Origin: Roseateles sp.
Lineage (GTDB): Bacteria > Pseudomonadota > Gammaproteobacteria > Burkholderiales > Burkholderiaceae_C
Direction: 5' to 3'
Assembly (NCBI RefSeq): GCF_047654805.1
Contig: NZ_JASGIV010000001.1
Location: 5,217,259-5,281,258 of the forward strand
Length of the DNA stretch: 64,000 nt
Part shown: positions 17,904 to 29,242 of the stretch, one piece after another
Position numbering within the stretch: the stretch's first letter is position 1
Layout: each line of letters begins with the position of its first letter
The notes under the pieces: generated by a model
Told to the model about the DNA's origin: nothing
Database searches by the model: none
The model's input: only the letters and a program-made list of their open reading frames with translations
Position numbers and translations under genes: made by a program

Positions 17904-18051
17904 CATTCCCTCTTTGGAGGGGACTCGGGGGATGTCGCTGGCAGCCTCCCCCTCGGACCCACCCAAAGGGCGATGGCCCGGAGGCGGGCTGGCGTCGATG
18001 CTGATGGGGTGACGCCTTCGCGCAACCTCGAACATCTTCAGGACACCCGCC

Positions 18052-18258
18052 ATGCAAGCCTTCAGCACCTCCTGGCACTCCTGGTCCGGCCCCGGGCTGT
18101 CGCGCGTGGTACCGCCACGCACCCGCGATGCCGCCAGCGCTCGCGTGCCCGATTTCTGCGGCTGGTACGACTCCAGCTTCGATCTGGCCCAGGGCCTGCT
18201 GGTCGTCGAGCAGGACAGCGACAGCCTGTATCAGCTCTGGGAACTTTCCCTGAACTGA
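18052..18258 (+). CDS. small hypothetical protein (68 aa)
   Basis: ATG18052. GC3 is very high across the ORF (…GWYDSSFDLAQGLLVVEQDSDSLYQLWELSLN). I recognise no family, and it stands alone between two other transcription units. Confidence 0.45.
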   Translation: MQAFSTSWHSWSGPGLSRVVPPRTRDAASARVPDFCGWYDSSFDLAQGLLVVEQDSDSLYQLWELSLN

Positions 18259-18296
18259 GCCCGTCCCGACCGGCCTTGCGGAGGTCGGCTCGGGGC

Positions 18297-20459
<2,163 letters not shown>

Positions 20460-20534
20460 TCAGCTTGAGTTCTAATCACGAATCCGCGTTTTGGGAATTC
20501 AGCCCGGCGGTTTGGTTTTTTCGGAGAGTTTTCG

Positions 20535-21881
20535 ATGCGATTCACCCCCTGGGCCACGCGACTGGTCCTGACGCTGAGCCTGTCGGCCACTGCATTCCTG
20601 ACCGCATGCGGCGGCGGCGGCAGCAGCAGTAGCTCGACGCAGATCCGTCTGCTCAACGCCACCCAGTCTTATGCCAACCTCGACTTGGTGGTCAACGACA
20701 AGACCATCAACTCCAAGGTCGGTCAGACCACCGTCGGCAGCTACGGCGGCGTGGACACCGCCAACACGGCGACCCAGGTTCAGACCAGCGACGTCGGCAA
20801 CAGCGTCGCCGCGCTGGCGCCGTCGCTGGCCGGTGACAGCAGCTACACGCTGATCGCCTACGGCTTTGCCGGTGCCGTGCGCACCAGCCTGCTGCAGGAA
20901 GCCCAAGATGCGCCGGACTCCGGCAAGGTCAAGGTGCTGGCGCTCAACCTGGCTCCGGATGCGGGCCAGCTGGACATCTACATCACCACGGCCGACACGG
21001 CGCTGGTCGATGCCACGCCCTTCTCGACCGGCCTGGTCGGCGGCGCGGGCAGTGGCTACATCCAGCTCAACGCCGGTACCTACCGCGTGCGCGTCACCGG
21101 CTACAACAACAAGACCGACCTGCGTCTGGACATCCCGGCCGTCACGCTGGATTCCGCCAGCGTCAACTCGCTGATCCTGACCTCCACCAGCAGCGGCACC
21201 CTGGTCAACGGCTACAAGCTGATCCAGAAGGGTGCCGTGACCAGCTATCCCAACGCCCTGAGCCGCGTGCGCATGGTCAACGGCCTGGCCGGCGGCACCT
21301 ATGCCAGCTCGACCGTGCAGGGCAAGACGCTGCTGTTGAACTCGCCGTCGCCCAACCGGGCCGACTACATCAGCCTGCCCGCTGGCGCCAGCAACCTGGT
21401 GGTGAACGTCAATGGCACGGTGCAGAACTTTGCAGCCCCCAATCTGGTGGCCGGCACGGACTACACCCTGCTGCTGTACGGTACCCCGACCAGCCCGCTG
21501 TTCAATGTGCTGGTCGACGACAACCGCCTGCCGACCACCAGCGGTAGCGTGAAGATCCGCCTCATCAACGCGCTGTCGGGCAACAACCCGCTGGCCTCGC
21601 TGGTGGTGGATTACACGACGCTGGCCTCCAACGTGCTGACCGGCTCCAGCTCGGCCCCGGCGATGATCTCGTCCACCACGGGCTCGACGGTGCAGATCAC
21701 GTCGCCGCTGCTGGCCAATCCGCTGTACAACCCGGGCACCAACGGCAGCACTACCAGCCTGACCCCGCTGACGGCCAACGGCGTCTACACGGCGCTGATC
21801 ATGGGCGACTCCACCGTCAACACCGGCACGACGCCGCCCACCATGCCCGGCGCCACCGGCATGTTCATCAAGGACCGCTGA
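20535..21881 (+). CDS. DUF4397-like repeat lipoprotein
   Basis: 448 aa. Lipobox LSATAFLTACGGGG. It contains three or four repeats of a beta-rich module (…VRLLNA…LDLVVND…, …VKVLALNLAPDAGQLDIYI…, …VRMVNGLAGG…, …IRLINALSGN…). Confidence 0.8.
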   Translation: MRFTPWATRLVLTLSLSATAFLTACGGGGSSSSSTQIRLLNATQSYANLDLVVNDKTINSKVGQTTVGSYGGVDTANTATQVQTSDVGNSVAALAPSLAGDSSYTLIAYGFAGAVRTSLLQEAQDAPDSGKVKVLALNLAPDAGQLDIYITTADTALVDATPFSTGLVGGAGSGYIQLNAGTYRVRVTGYNNKTDLRLDIPAVTLDSASVNSLILTSTSSGTLVNGYKLIQKGAVTSYPNALSRVRMVNGLAGGTYASSTVQGKTLLLNSPSPNRADYISLPAGASNLVVNVNGTVQNFAAPNLVAGTDYTLLLYGTPTSPLFNVLVDDNRLPTTSGSVKIRLINALSGNNPLASLVVDYTTLASNVLTGSSSAPAMISSTTGSTVQITSPLLANPLYNPGTNGSTTSLTPLTANGVYTALIMGDSTVNTGTTPPTMPGATGMFIKDR

Positions 21882-21910
21882 TCCCGATCCGGATTCCGGC
21901 CTTCCTTCGA

Positions 21911-21950
21911 AGCCCCTCGCGCCCAAAGGCCCGAGGGGCTTAGTTTTTTT
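21911..21950 (+). terminator. strong rho-independent terminator
   Basis: AGCCCCTCG-cgcccaaaggc-CGAGGGGCT followed by TAGTTTTTTT. Confidence 0.8.
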
Positions 21951-22051
21951 GCTGGCCGGCAAGCCGGATTGCGGCGCTGCGGGCCTGCGCGCCGACAGGG
22001 CGCTTGCATCGGCCTGTCCTGTCCGAGCGGCATCGCGGGCATGATGACGTC

Positions 22052-22753
22052 ATGTCCGCACCCACCCGCATCCACCTGCAGCGACTGCGCCTGCTCTGGC
22101 GCAGCGCCGGCTGGCCGAGCCAGGACCTCGTCGAGGTGGAGCTGCTTGCGGCCGGCTGGGTGGAGCGCCTGCAGGAGGTCGATGGCCGCGAACGTCTGCG
22201 CGTGACCGATGCCGGGGTCGCCCATATCGCCGCCTCGCTGAACCGCAACCGGGCCGCGCGAGATGCGCATGAACTGCTGGTAGAGCGTGTCGCCATCGAG
22301 ATGCAGCGTGCCGGACGCATCGCCTGGCGCGGCCTTGCACTGCGTGCGGGGCTGCCCGCGCCGGACGCGGCGGAAGGTGGCAAGACGCTTTGGGTCAACG
22401 CGATGCCCGACGTCTATTCCCTGCGCAACAGCACCGTCGAGGACTATCTCGAACCTGCCATCCATGAGATCAAGGTCAGCCGCGCCGACCTGCTGGGCGA
22501 GCTGCGCCGCCCGGCCAAGTCCGCTGCCTACCGGGCGCTGTGCGGCCAGTGCTGGTTCGTCATCAAGGCCGGCATTGCCGAAGCTGAAGAGATCCCGCCC
22601 GAGTACGGCGTGCTGATCGGCCACGACAGCCACCTTGAGCTCGCCCGCCCGGCACCCAAGCGTGCTCACAAGCCCGACTTTGCAACCTGGATGGCACTGG
22701 CCCGCGCGACGCCGCTGGTGCCCGACGACGACACGCAAGCCGAGCTTTCCTGA
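22052..22753 (+). CDS. MmcB-like (DUF1052-type) PD-(D/E)XK nuclease-fold protein with an N-terminal extension
   Basis: The C-terminal half carries ...NAMPDVYSL... and ...AIHEIKVSRADLL...CGQCWFVIKAG...GVLIG, matching the D...E-x-K core and downstream pattern of MmcB-family proteins. The start is uncertain (ATG22052 or TTG22004). Confidence 0.65.
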   Translation: MSAPTRIHLQRLRLLWRSAGWPSQDLVEVELLAAGWVERLQEVDGRERLRVTDAGVAHIAASLNRNRAARDAHELLVERVAIEMQRAGRIAWRGLALRAGLPAPDAAEGGKTLWVNAMPDVYSLRNSTVEDYLEPAIHEIKVSRADLLGELRRPAKSAAYRALCGQCWFVIKAGIAEAEEIPPEYGVLIGHDSHLELARPAPKRAHKPDFATWMALARATPLVPDDDTQAELS

Positions 22754-22796
22754 GAAGCTGCCCATAATCGTCGCCACAAGACAAGGGAGGCGCCGG

Positions 22797-25418
22797 ATGA
22801 TGCGCAGATGGAGGGAATGGCTGTCCAGCGCTTGCCTGCTGTGCGGCCATGCGGCGGGTGCCAACGCTGCGCCGCCGAAGGGCCTGAGCTTCTCGCCAGT
22901 ACCGGCCTGGGTGGATTCGCAGACGGTGCCACTGGATGCCGTGGCGCCAGCCGATGGCCTGAGCCAGGGCCGGCATTACCTGCTGGCGGACCAACAGGTC
23001 CGTGTGGCCGGGGCGATGCTGGCTGACTACCGTCACGTGGCCGCGCGCGCGGTCAACGAGCGCGGTGTCGAGGACATCGCCAACGTGCAGATCAGTTTCG
23101 ACCCCAGCTACCAGACGCTGGCCATCCACCGCATCGAGGTGCGCCGTGACGGCAAGCACGTGTACAGCGCGCCACGCGACGCCGTGAAGCTGCTGCAGCG
23201 CGAGACCAGCCTCGAGTCGTTGATCTTCGATGGCCGGCTTACCGCGCACGTCGCGCTGCACGACGTGCGCGTGGGCGATGTGGTTGAGATGGTGTACACG
23301 GTGCAAGGCCGCAATCCTGTCTTCGGCGAACGGCTGTTCGGCGGTTTCGATCTTGAGTGGGGAGTGCCCGTCGCCTACCGCCATGCCCGGCTGCTGTGGC
23401 CGAAGGGGCGGCCGCTCTACTGGAAGCTGCACAACGCTGCTCAGCCTGCCAATGTCGCCGAGTTGAACGGGGAGCAAGACCATCGCTGGCGGCTGCGCAA
23501 TGTGCCGGCTCGTCTCGTGGATAGCGACGCTCCCGGCTGGTACGACCCCTATTCATGGGTCGAGTGGGGCGAGTTCGAGGATTGGGCTGCCGTTGCCCGC
23601 TGGGCTGTGCCGTTGTATCGCCTGCCCGCCAAACCGCTACCTGCAGTGCAGCGTGAGGTGGAGCGCATCGCCTCCACGACGACCGACCCCGAGCAACGCC
23701 TGCTTGCTGCGTTGCGATTCGTGCAGCGCGAAGTGCGCTACCTAGGCATCGAAATGGGCGCCAACTCCCACGCGCCCCATGCGCCCGACCTTGTGCTGCA
23801 GCGCCGTTTCGGCGACTGCAAGGACAAGACCCTGCTCAGCCTTGCGCTGCTGCGCGGCCTTGGCATTCCGGCGCGCGCTGCATTGGTGAATACCGCCCTG
23901 CGTCAGGCAGCGAGCGAGCGCTTGCCCACACCAGGTGCTTTCAATCACGTCCTTGTGCAGGCTGACCTCGGCAACCAACGTGTGTGGCTGGACCCCACGC
24001 GCGCGCCGCAGGCGGGCAGGGGTGTGGCGCAATGGGTGCAGGCCGATTTTGGGCGTGCGTTGCTTGTTGATTCCGCCACGCGTGAGTTCCTTCCCATGGC
24101 TGGCCCGGAAGTTCAGGCCGTCAAGCGCGAGTTGCACACCTTGCTGGATGCCAGTGCGGGCTTTGACAAGCCGGCTACGCTGACCATCACCACCCGGCTG
24201 CAAGGCCTGTCGGCCGAGGTTTTCCGCGGCGCGCTGGCCACCACTTCGCGCGACGACCTGCAGAAGCAGTACCTCGACTTCTACGCATCCAGCTACCCCG
24301 GCCTGGTCGTGGACCAGCCGTTCACGGTGCGTGACGACACCGACGCCAACGCGCTGCAGTTGGTGGAGTACTACCGCATGCCCACCTACTGGGTGCGCGA
24401 CGACAAGCGTGCCCGCTGGACCGGCGCAATGGAGGTCCCGGACCTGCACGAGTGGCTACGCCGCCCCAAGGGGGTGAACCGGCAAGGCCCGCTGGCATTG
24501 CGCCATCCGGTCGACTTCAAGCTGGTCAGTGAGTTTCGCCTGCCGCAGGCATGGTCCGTCAAGCCCGACGACCTGATTTACGAAGATGCCGCCTTCGTGC
24601 TGCGGCGCGAGGAATCCTGGCCCGACAGCAAGAAGCTGGTGCTCACAGACCACTATCAAAGTCGTGCCGATCACGTGCCCGCCGCCGACATTGCGCGCTA
24701 CGTGTCACAGCTCGACAAGGCCCGCACGGGCGTTGGCTACAACCTCTACTTGGAGGACGTCGCCGCACCTGTCGCCGGTGGTGATTCACCGCATTGGCTG
24801 CCGTTGCTGACAGGGCTGCTTGCCCTGGGCGGGTGGGTCTGGGTGGCTTTCCGGCTGTACCGCTGGGATCCTGAGCCCGAGGTGCCGGGGGCACCGGTCC
24901 ACGCAGCTATTGGCGGTTGGCTGTGGCTGCCGGTGATCGGCCTGCTGGCGTCCCTGGTGCGCGTGGCCAGCACGCTTGTCGAGTCGATCCCGGCGATGAC
25001 CGTGCAGGTCTGGAGCACGATTGCCCTGACCGGCTCGTCGGCCTATCACCCGCTGTGGGCTCCCACATTGTTGATGGAGATGGTGCTGAATCTCGCAATC
25101 TGCGTCGGTGCCGTGCTGCTGCTGCGGCTGATGATCAGCCGGCGCAGCAGCTTGCCCCGGCTCTACATCGGTTGGTGGGTGCTCGCCTGCACGACCATGC
25201 TGCTGGATGCGGCGGCGCATCAGCTGATTCCAGCCCTGTCGGACGAATGGACGGGCAAGGACACCGGAGAGCTCGTGCGCAGCTGCTTCTTCGGCGTGGT
25301 CTGGATTGCCTACTTCCTCCGCTCCGACCGCGTGCGCAGAACCTTTGTCTGCCGGCGCCTCACCCCTGCCGCTCCATCGCAGGTCGTCGCACAATCGGCA
25401 CCGGACCTGCCCGCCTGA
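22797..25418 (+). CDS. DUF3857-like / transglutaminase-core protein with a C-terminal polytopic membrane domain
   Basis: 873 aa from ATG22797, with AAGGGAGG 6 nt upstream. It has a signal peptide and a transglutaminase-like Cys-His-Asp core (RRFGDCKDKTLL ... AFNHVLVQ ... VWLDPT). The last ~190 aa form about four TM helices resembling DUF2569. Confidence 0.85.
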   Translation: MMRRWREWLSSACLLCGHAAGANAAPPKGLSFSPVPAWVDSQTVPLDAVAPADGLSQGRHYLLADQQVRVAGAMLADYRHVAARAVNERGVEDIANVQISFDPSYQTLAIHRIEVRRDGKHVYSAPRDAVKLLQRETSLESLIFDGRLTAHVALHDVRVGDVVEMVYTVQGRNPVFGERLFGGFDLEWGVPVAYRHARLLWPKGRPLYWKLHNAAQPANVAELNGEQDHRWRLRNVPARLVDSDAPGWYDPYSWVEWGEFEDWAAVARWAVPLYRLPAKPLPAVQREVERIASTTTDPEQRLLAALRFVQREVRYLGIEMGANSHAPHAPDLVLQRRFGDCKDKTLLSLALLRGLGIPARAALVNTALRQAASERLPTPGAFNHVLVQADLGNQRVWLDPTRAPQAGRGVAQWVQADFGRALLVDSATREFLPMAGPEVQAVKRELHTLLDASAGFDKPATLTITTRLQGLSAEVFRGALATTSRDDLQKQYLDFYASSYPGLVVDQPFTVRDDTDANALQLVEYYRMPTYWVRDDKRARWTGAMEVPDLHEWLRRPKGVNRQGPLALRHPVDFKLVSEFRLPQAWSVKPDDLIYEDAAFVLRREESWPDSKKLVLTDHYQSRADHVPAADIARYVSQLDKARTGVGYNLYLEDVAAPVAGGDSPHWLPLLTGLLALGGWVWVAFRLYRWDPEPEVPGAPVHAAIGGWLWLPVIGLLASLVRVASTLVESIPAMTVQVWSTIALTGSSAYHPLWAPTLLMEMVLNLAICVGAVLLLRLMISRRSSLPRLYIGWWVLACTTMLLDAAAHQLIPALSDEWTGKDTGELVRSCFFGVVWIAYFLRSDRVRRTFVCRRLTPAAPSQVVAQSAPDLPA

Positions 25419-25424
25419 GCCACC

Positions 25425-25805
25425 ATGGCCTGTGCCGTCGTCAAGAACGCTGTTTCCGCCGATGCCGACGCGTATTTCGTGGCGCAGCCTGAAACCTGCG
25501 TGGCAGGCTTATGGCCGCACCTGCGGGGCGGCATGGCTGGTTTCGGCCATCATCCCTATGTCCACGGCAGCTGCCGTGAGGGTGCCATTTTCGAAACCTG
25601 CCTCGCCAGCGATGTTGGCAACAGGGGCGACATCAGCATCTTCTGGAACGTGGGCGCCATCTCGGCGAAGTGCAAGCCGTTGCCGGCCATGTTCGGCGAG
25701 TGCCATCTTGGCAAGGATGGCGCCGTCGTGAAGGGCCGGGCCGATGCGGACCTTGAATCGCCCGGGCAGCTTTGCGGGCTGCCGATCCAGGGGCGACGCT
25801 CATGA
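25425..25805 (+). CDS. Cys/His-rich hypothetical protein (126 aa)
   Basis: It starts 6 nt after the previous stop, and its stop overlaps the next start (ATGA). Codon usage is coding-like. It has 8 Cys and 7 His. I could not assign a family with confidence. Confidence 0.5.
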   Translation: MACAVVKNAVSADADAYFVAQPETCVAGLWPHLRGGMAGFGHHPYVHGSCREGAIFETCLASDVGNRGDISIFWNVGAISAKCKPLPAMFGECHLGKDGAVVKGRADADLESPGQLCGLPIQGRRS

Positions 25806-26029
25806 CAGGCCCCATGCTCGACCTGCGCTGCCCGCGCTGTGGGGGTGACTTCGCATGTGGCGTCAACGCCGGCCATTGCGCCTGCTTCGGTATCCGCCTG
25901 ACCGATGCGCTGCGTGATGAGCTGGCTGCGAACTACCGCGGCTGCCTGTGTCTTCCCTGCCTGAATGAACTGATCGATGCAGACCAGGCGCGCCAGGCTG
26001 CTGTAAGGCCGGCCGGGGCTTCCGACTGA
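25802..26029 (+). CDS. cysteine-rich CWC-family-like miniprotein
   Basis: 75 aa from ATG25802 with the pattern CPRCGGDFACGV...CACFG...YRGCLCLPCLNEL. This matches the Cys spacing of 'Cys_rich_CWC' proteins, with CAC in place of CWC. Confidence 0.65.
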   Translation: MTGPMLDLRCPRCGGDFACGVNAGHCACFGIRLTDALRDELAANYRGCLCLPCLNELIDADQARQAAVRPAGASD

Positions 26030-26091
26030 CGCGAAGGGTTCCTGGGTGAGACGCGCGGGACCGCTCACCCAGCAGGCATGATGGCTGTCCA

Positions 26092-26964
26092 ATGACCGCA
26101 CTCGACCGCCTGGCCCCGCCGCTGTTCATCTTCATCTGGGCCACCGGCTACATCGTCGCCAAGCTGGCGGCGCCGCATGCCGATCCGCTGACCTTCCTGT
26201 GCTGGCGCTATGCCGGCGTCGTCGCGCTGATGCTCGCCCTCGCGCTGGCGGCCCGTGCACCGTGGCCCGCGCCGCGCGAGATGGCGCATCTGGCGCTGGC
26301 CGGCATCGGCATCCAGGCGCTGTACCTGGGCGGCGTGTGGGTGGCCATCCGGCAAGGCCTGCCGGCCGGCACTGCGGCACTGATCGTCAATCTGCAGCCG
26401 GTGCTGGTCGCCGCGCTGGCGCCGCTGATCGGCGAGCGCGTCGCGCCGCGGCAATGGGCGGGGGTGGCGCTGGGCCTGGTGGGCGTCATCCTCGTCATCT
26501 GGCACAAGCTGGCGTTGGGCGCGGGCTTCGGACTGCCGCTGTTGCTGAGCGTGATGGCCCTGCTCGCCATCACCGGCGGAACGCTGTACCAGAAGCGCTT
26601 CGTGCCGCACTTCGACCTGCGCACCGGTCAGGTCGTGCAGTTCGCCGCGGCGCTAGCGGTGACGCTGCCGGCGGCATGGATGCTGGAGCCCATGCGCATC
26701 GAATGGAATGCCGAGGTGTTGGTCGCCATGGCCTGGAGCGTGCTCGTGCTGACGGCCGGCGGCATCAGCCTGATGTTCTACATGCTGCGCCACGGCCGTG
26801 TGACGGCGGTTAGCAGCACCATGTATCTGGTGCCCTCTGTCACCTCGGTGATGGCATGGCTGCTGTTCGGCGAGACACTGGGCGCACAAGCCATCGCGGG
26901 CATGGGTGTGACGCTGCTGGGCGTCTACCTCGTCGTTGCGAAGAAACCGGAGACCCGTGCATGA
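26092..26964 (+). CDS. DMT-superfamily (EamA-like) transporter
   Basis: 290 aa with about 10 TM helices in two EamA-like halves. Confidence 0.88.
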   Translation: MTALDRLAPPLFIFIWATGYIVAKLAAPHADPLTFLCWRYAGVVALMLALALAARAPWPAPREMAHLALAGIGIQALYLGGVWVAIRQGLPAGTAALIVNLQPVLVAALAPLIGERVAPRQWAGVALGLVGVILVIWHKLALGAGFGLPLLLSVMALLAITGGTLYQKRFVPHFDLRTGQVVQFAAALAVTLPAAWMLEPMRIEWNAEVLVAMAWSVLVLTAGGISLMFYMLRHGRVTAVSSTMYLVPSVTSVMAWLLFGETLGAQAIAGMGVTLLGVYLVVAKKPETRA

Positions 26965-28628
26965 GCCCTCGTGCGCACTACAAATTCTGGCCGGCGCGCG
27001 TGCCGCATGCCATCGAGCCGCCCGCCACGGCGCTGCACGACAACCTGCTCGTCAGCGCGCGCCGCTTCCCGCATCGACCGGCACTGGTCTTCCTGGGCCA
27101 GGTGACGACCTATGCCGAGCTGGCCGGCCACGTCGAGCGCGTGGCCGCCTGGCTGGCGCAGCGGGGCATCGCCAAGGGCCAGCGCGTGCTGGTGGGCCTG
27201 CAGAACTGCCCGCAGCTCGTCATCGCCCATTACGCCATCCTGTGCCTGGGCGCCGTCGTGGTGCCCGTCAACCCGATGAACCGCGCCGCGGAGCTGAAGC
27301 ATCTCATCGAAGACAGCGGCGCCGTCCTTGCGGTCACCAGCGCCGACCTCAGCGCCGAATGGCTGGCCGCGGGCATGGCGGCGCGGGACCTGCTCGTCAC
27401 CCGCCTGGGCGAAGTGCTGCCCGGCGGCTGCGCCGACAACCCAGGCCTGCCTGCGGGCTGGGTCGACTGGCTCAATGCCGACGTGGCCTTGCCCGCCGGC
27501 TCCACGCCCTGGGGCGAGGCCCTGGCCTGCGCAGCTTCGCTGCCGGCTGTGGACGTGGGCGCAGAGGACCTCGCGCTGCTGCCCTACACCAGCGGCACCA
27601 CGGGCAATCCCAAGGGTTGCATGCACAAGCACCGCAGCCTGCAGCACAACGTTGTCGCCGGCGGCCTTTGGGCCAACGTGTGCCACGAGGACGTGGTGCT
27701 GGGCGTGGTGCCCATGTTCCACATCACCGGCATGGTGGTCGTCATGCATGGCACGCTGGCGGCGGGCGCGGCCCTCGTGCTGATGCCGCGCTGGCAGCGC
27801 GAGTACGCCGCCCGGCTCATCGCCGAGCACCGCGTGACGCGCTGGACAAACATCCCGACCATGGTCATCGACCTGCTCGCCAGTCCGCAGGTCGACAGCT
27901 TCGACATGAGCAGCATGGTCAGCATCGGCGGTGGCGGTGCCGCCATGCCGCAGGCCGTGGCCGAGCGGCTGCTGAGCCGCTGGGGCCTGCGCTACATGGA
28001 AGGCTACGGCCTTACCGAGACCGCCGCGCCCAGCCACAGCAACCCCTACGACGCGCCAAAGCAGCAATGCCTGGGCGTGCCCTACCTAAGCTGCGACGCC
28101 CGCGTCATCGACCCTGACACGCAGCGCGAGCTGCCCGCCGGCGAGGCCGGCGAGATCATCGTCAGCGGCCCCATGGTTTTCGACGGCTACTGGGGCCGGC
28201 CCGATGCCACCGCCGCTGCCTTCATCGAGGTCGGCGGCCGACGTTTCTTCCGCACCGGCGACATCGGCTACGTGGACGCCGACGGCTATTTCTTCATGAC
28301 CGACCGTCTCAAGCGCATGATCAACGCGAGCGGCTTCAAGGTCTGGCCGTCGGAGGTCGAGAACCTGATGCACGCTCACCCGGGTCTGGCCGAGGTCTGT
28401 GTCATCGCGGCCCCCGACGCCTATCGCGGCGAGACGGTCAAGGCCGTCGCTGTCAGGCGTACCGGCCACGAAGCGCTGACCGAGTCCGAACTGAGAGACT
28501 GGTGTCGCGCGCACATGGCTGCCTACAAGGTGCCTGCACGCATCGAGTTCGTCGACAGCCTGCCCAAGAGCGGTGCCGGCAAGGTGATGTGGCGGACATT
28601 GCAGGAGCGCGAGCGCACCAAGGCATGA
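26961..28628 (+). CDS. AMP-dependent synthetase/ligase (acyl-CoA synthetase family)
   Basis: 555 aa from ATG26961, with an ATGA overlap with the transporter. AMP-binding motif LLPYTSGTTGNPKGCMHKH, then ...TGDIGYVDADGYFFMTDRLKRMI... and a C-terminal ...LPKSGAGKV. Confidence 0.92.
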   Translation: MSPRAHYKFWPARVPHAIEPPATALHDNLLVSARRFPHRPALVFLGQVTTYAELAGHVERVAAWLAQRGIAKGQRVLVGLQNCPQLVIAHYAILCLGAVVVPVNPMNRAAELKHLIEDSGAVLAVTSADLSAEWLAAGMAARDLLVTRLGEVLPGGCADNPGLPAGWVDWLNADVALPAGSTPWGEALACAASLPAVDVGAEDLALLPYTSGTTGNPKGCMHKHRSLQHNVVAGGLWANVCHEDVVLGVVPMFHITGMVVVMHGTLAAGAALVLMPRWQREYAARLIAEHRVTRWTNIPTMVIDLLASPQVDSFDMSSMVSIGGGGAAMPQAVAERLLSRWGLRYMEGYGLTETAAPSHSNPYDAPKQQCLGVPYLSCDARVIDPDTQRELPAGEAGEIIVSGPMVFDGYWGRPDATAAAFIEVGGRRFFRTGDIGYVDADGYFFMTDRLKRMINASGFKVWPSEVENLMHAHPGLAEVCVIAAPDAYRGETVKAVAVRRTGHEALTESELRDWCRAHMAAYKVPARIEFVDSLPKSGAGKVMWRTLQERERTKA

Positions 28629-29197
28629 GCCACGACGAGGCGCGGCTGGCGGGACTGGTGCGCGCGGCACCAGGGTTCATGGAGGCGTTGCGGGCGGGCC
28701 GCGAGCTGGGACTTGCGCAGTGGTGCATCGGTGCCGGCGCGCTGCGCAACCTCGTCTGGGACGCGCTGCACGGCCACGCGCATCCGTCCGAGCCTGCCGA
28801 TGTCGACTTCGCCTACTTCTGCTCCCTGGATCTTGGCGCCGAACGTGATGCCGCATTGCAGCGTCGGTTGGGCGAGCGTCTTCCCGGCCTGCCCTGGGAG
28901 GTCACCAATCAGGCCGGCGTGCACCTGTGGTTCGAGCGCTGTTTCGGCCATGCCGTGGCCCCGCTGCACTCGCTGCATGAGGCCGTCGCCACCTGGCCCG
29001 AGCCGGCCACGGCCGTGGGTGTCTGGCTGGACGATACCGACGCGCTCCAGATCATCGCGCCGTACGGGCTCGGCGACCTGCTGGGTATGCGCATCCGCCG
29101 CAACCCGGTCCGTGCCAGCTTGGAGACCTACCGCCAGCGCTGCGCGAGCAAGCGCTACACCGAGCGCTGGCCGCGCGTCGTCGTGGAGCCGGCCTGA
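28625..29197 (+). CDS. nucleotidyltransferase-family protein (NTP_transf_6/DUF925-like)
   Basis: 190 aa from ATG28625, with an ATGA overlap with the ligase. ...WCIGAGALRNLVWD...DVDFAYF... is consistent with a pol-beta-type NTase G[SA]-x9-DxD region. The assignment is from memory of the family. Confidence 0.7.
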   Translation: MSHDEARLAGLVRAAPGFMEALRAGRELGLAQWCIGAGALRNLVWDALHGHAHPSEPADVDFAYFCSLDLGAERDAALQRRLGERLPGLPWEVTNQAGVHLWFERCFGHAVAPLHSLHEAVATWPEPATAVGVWLDDTDALQIIAPYGLGDLLGMRIRRNPVRASLETYRQRCASKRYTERWPRVVVEPA

Positions 29198-29242
29198 GCG
29201 CTAGAGTGCATGGCGCGGCGAACAAGCCTGCAGGAGAACCCC

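Noticed and set aside
20499-21962. 487-aa minus-strand ORF
   Set aside because: It is antisense to the DUF4397-like lipoprotein gene. It is Gly/Arg/Ala/Asp/Gln-rich with no motifs. The plus strand has a lipobox, repeats and a downstream terminator.
25556-26101. 181-aa minus-strand ORF overlapping the Cys-rich gene pair
   Set aside because: It has a Ser/Pro/Arg/Ala-rich, non-protein-like sequence. The plus-strand pair has coupled start/stop codons (ATGA) and a recognisable CWC-type Cys pattern.
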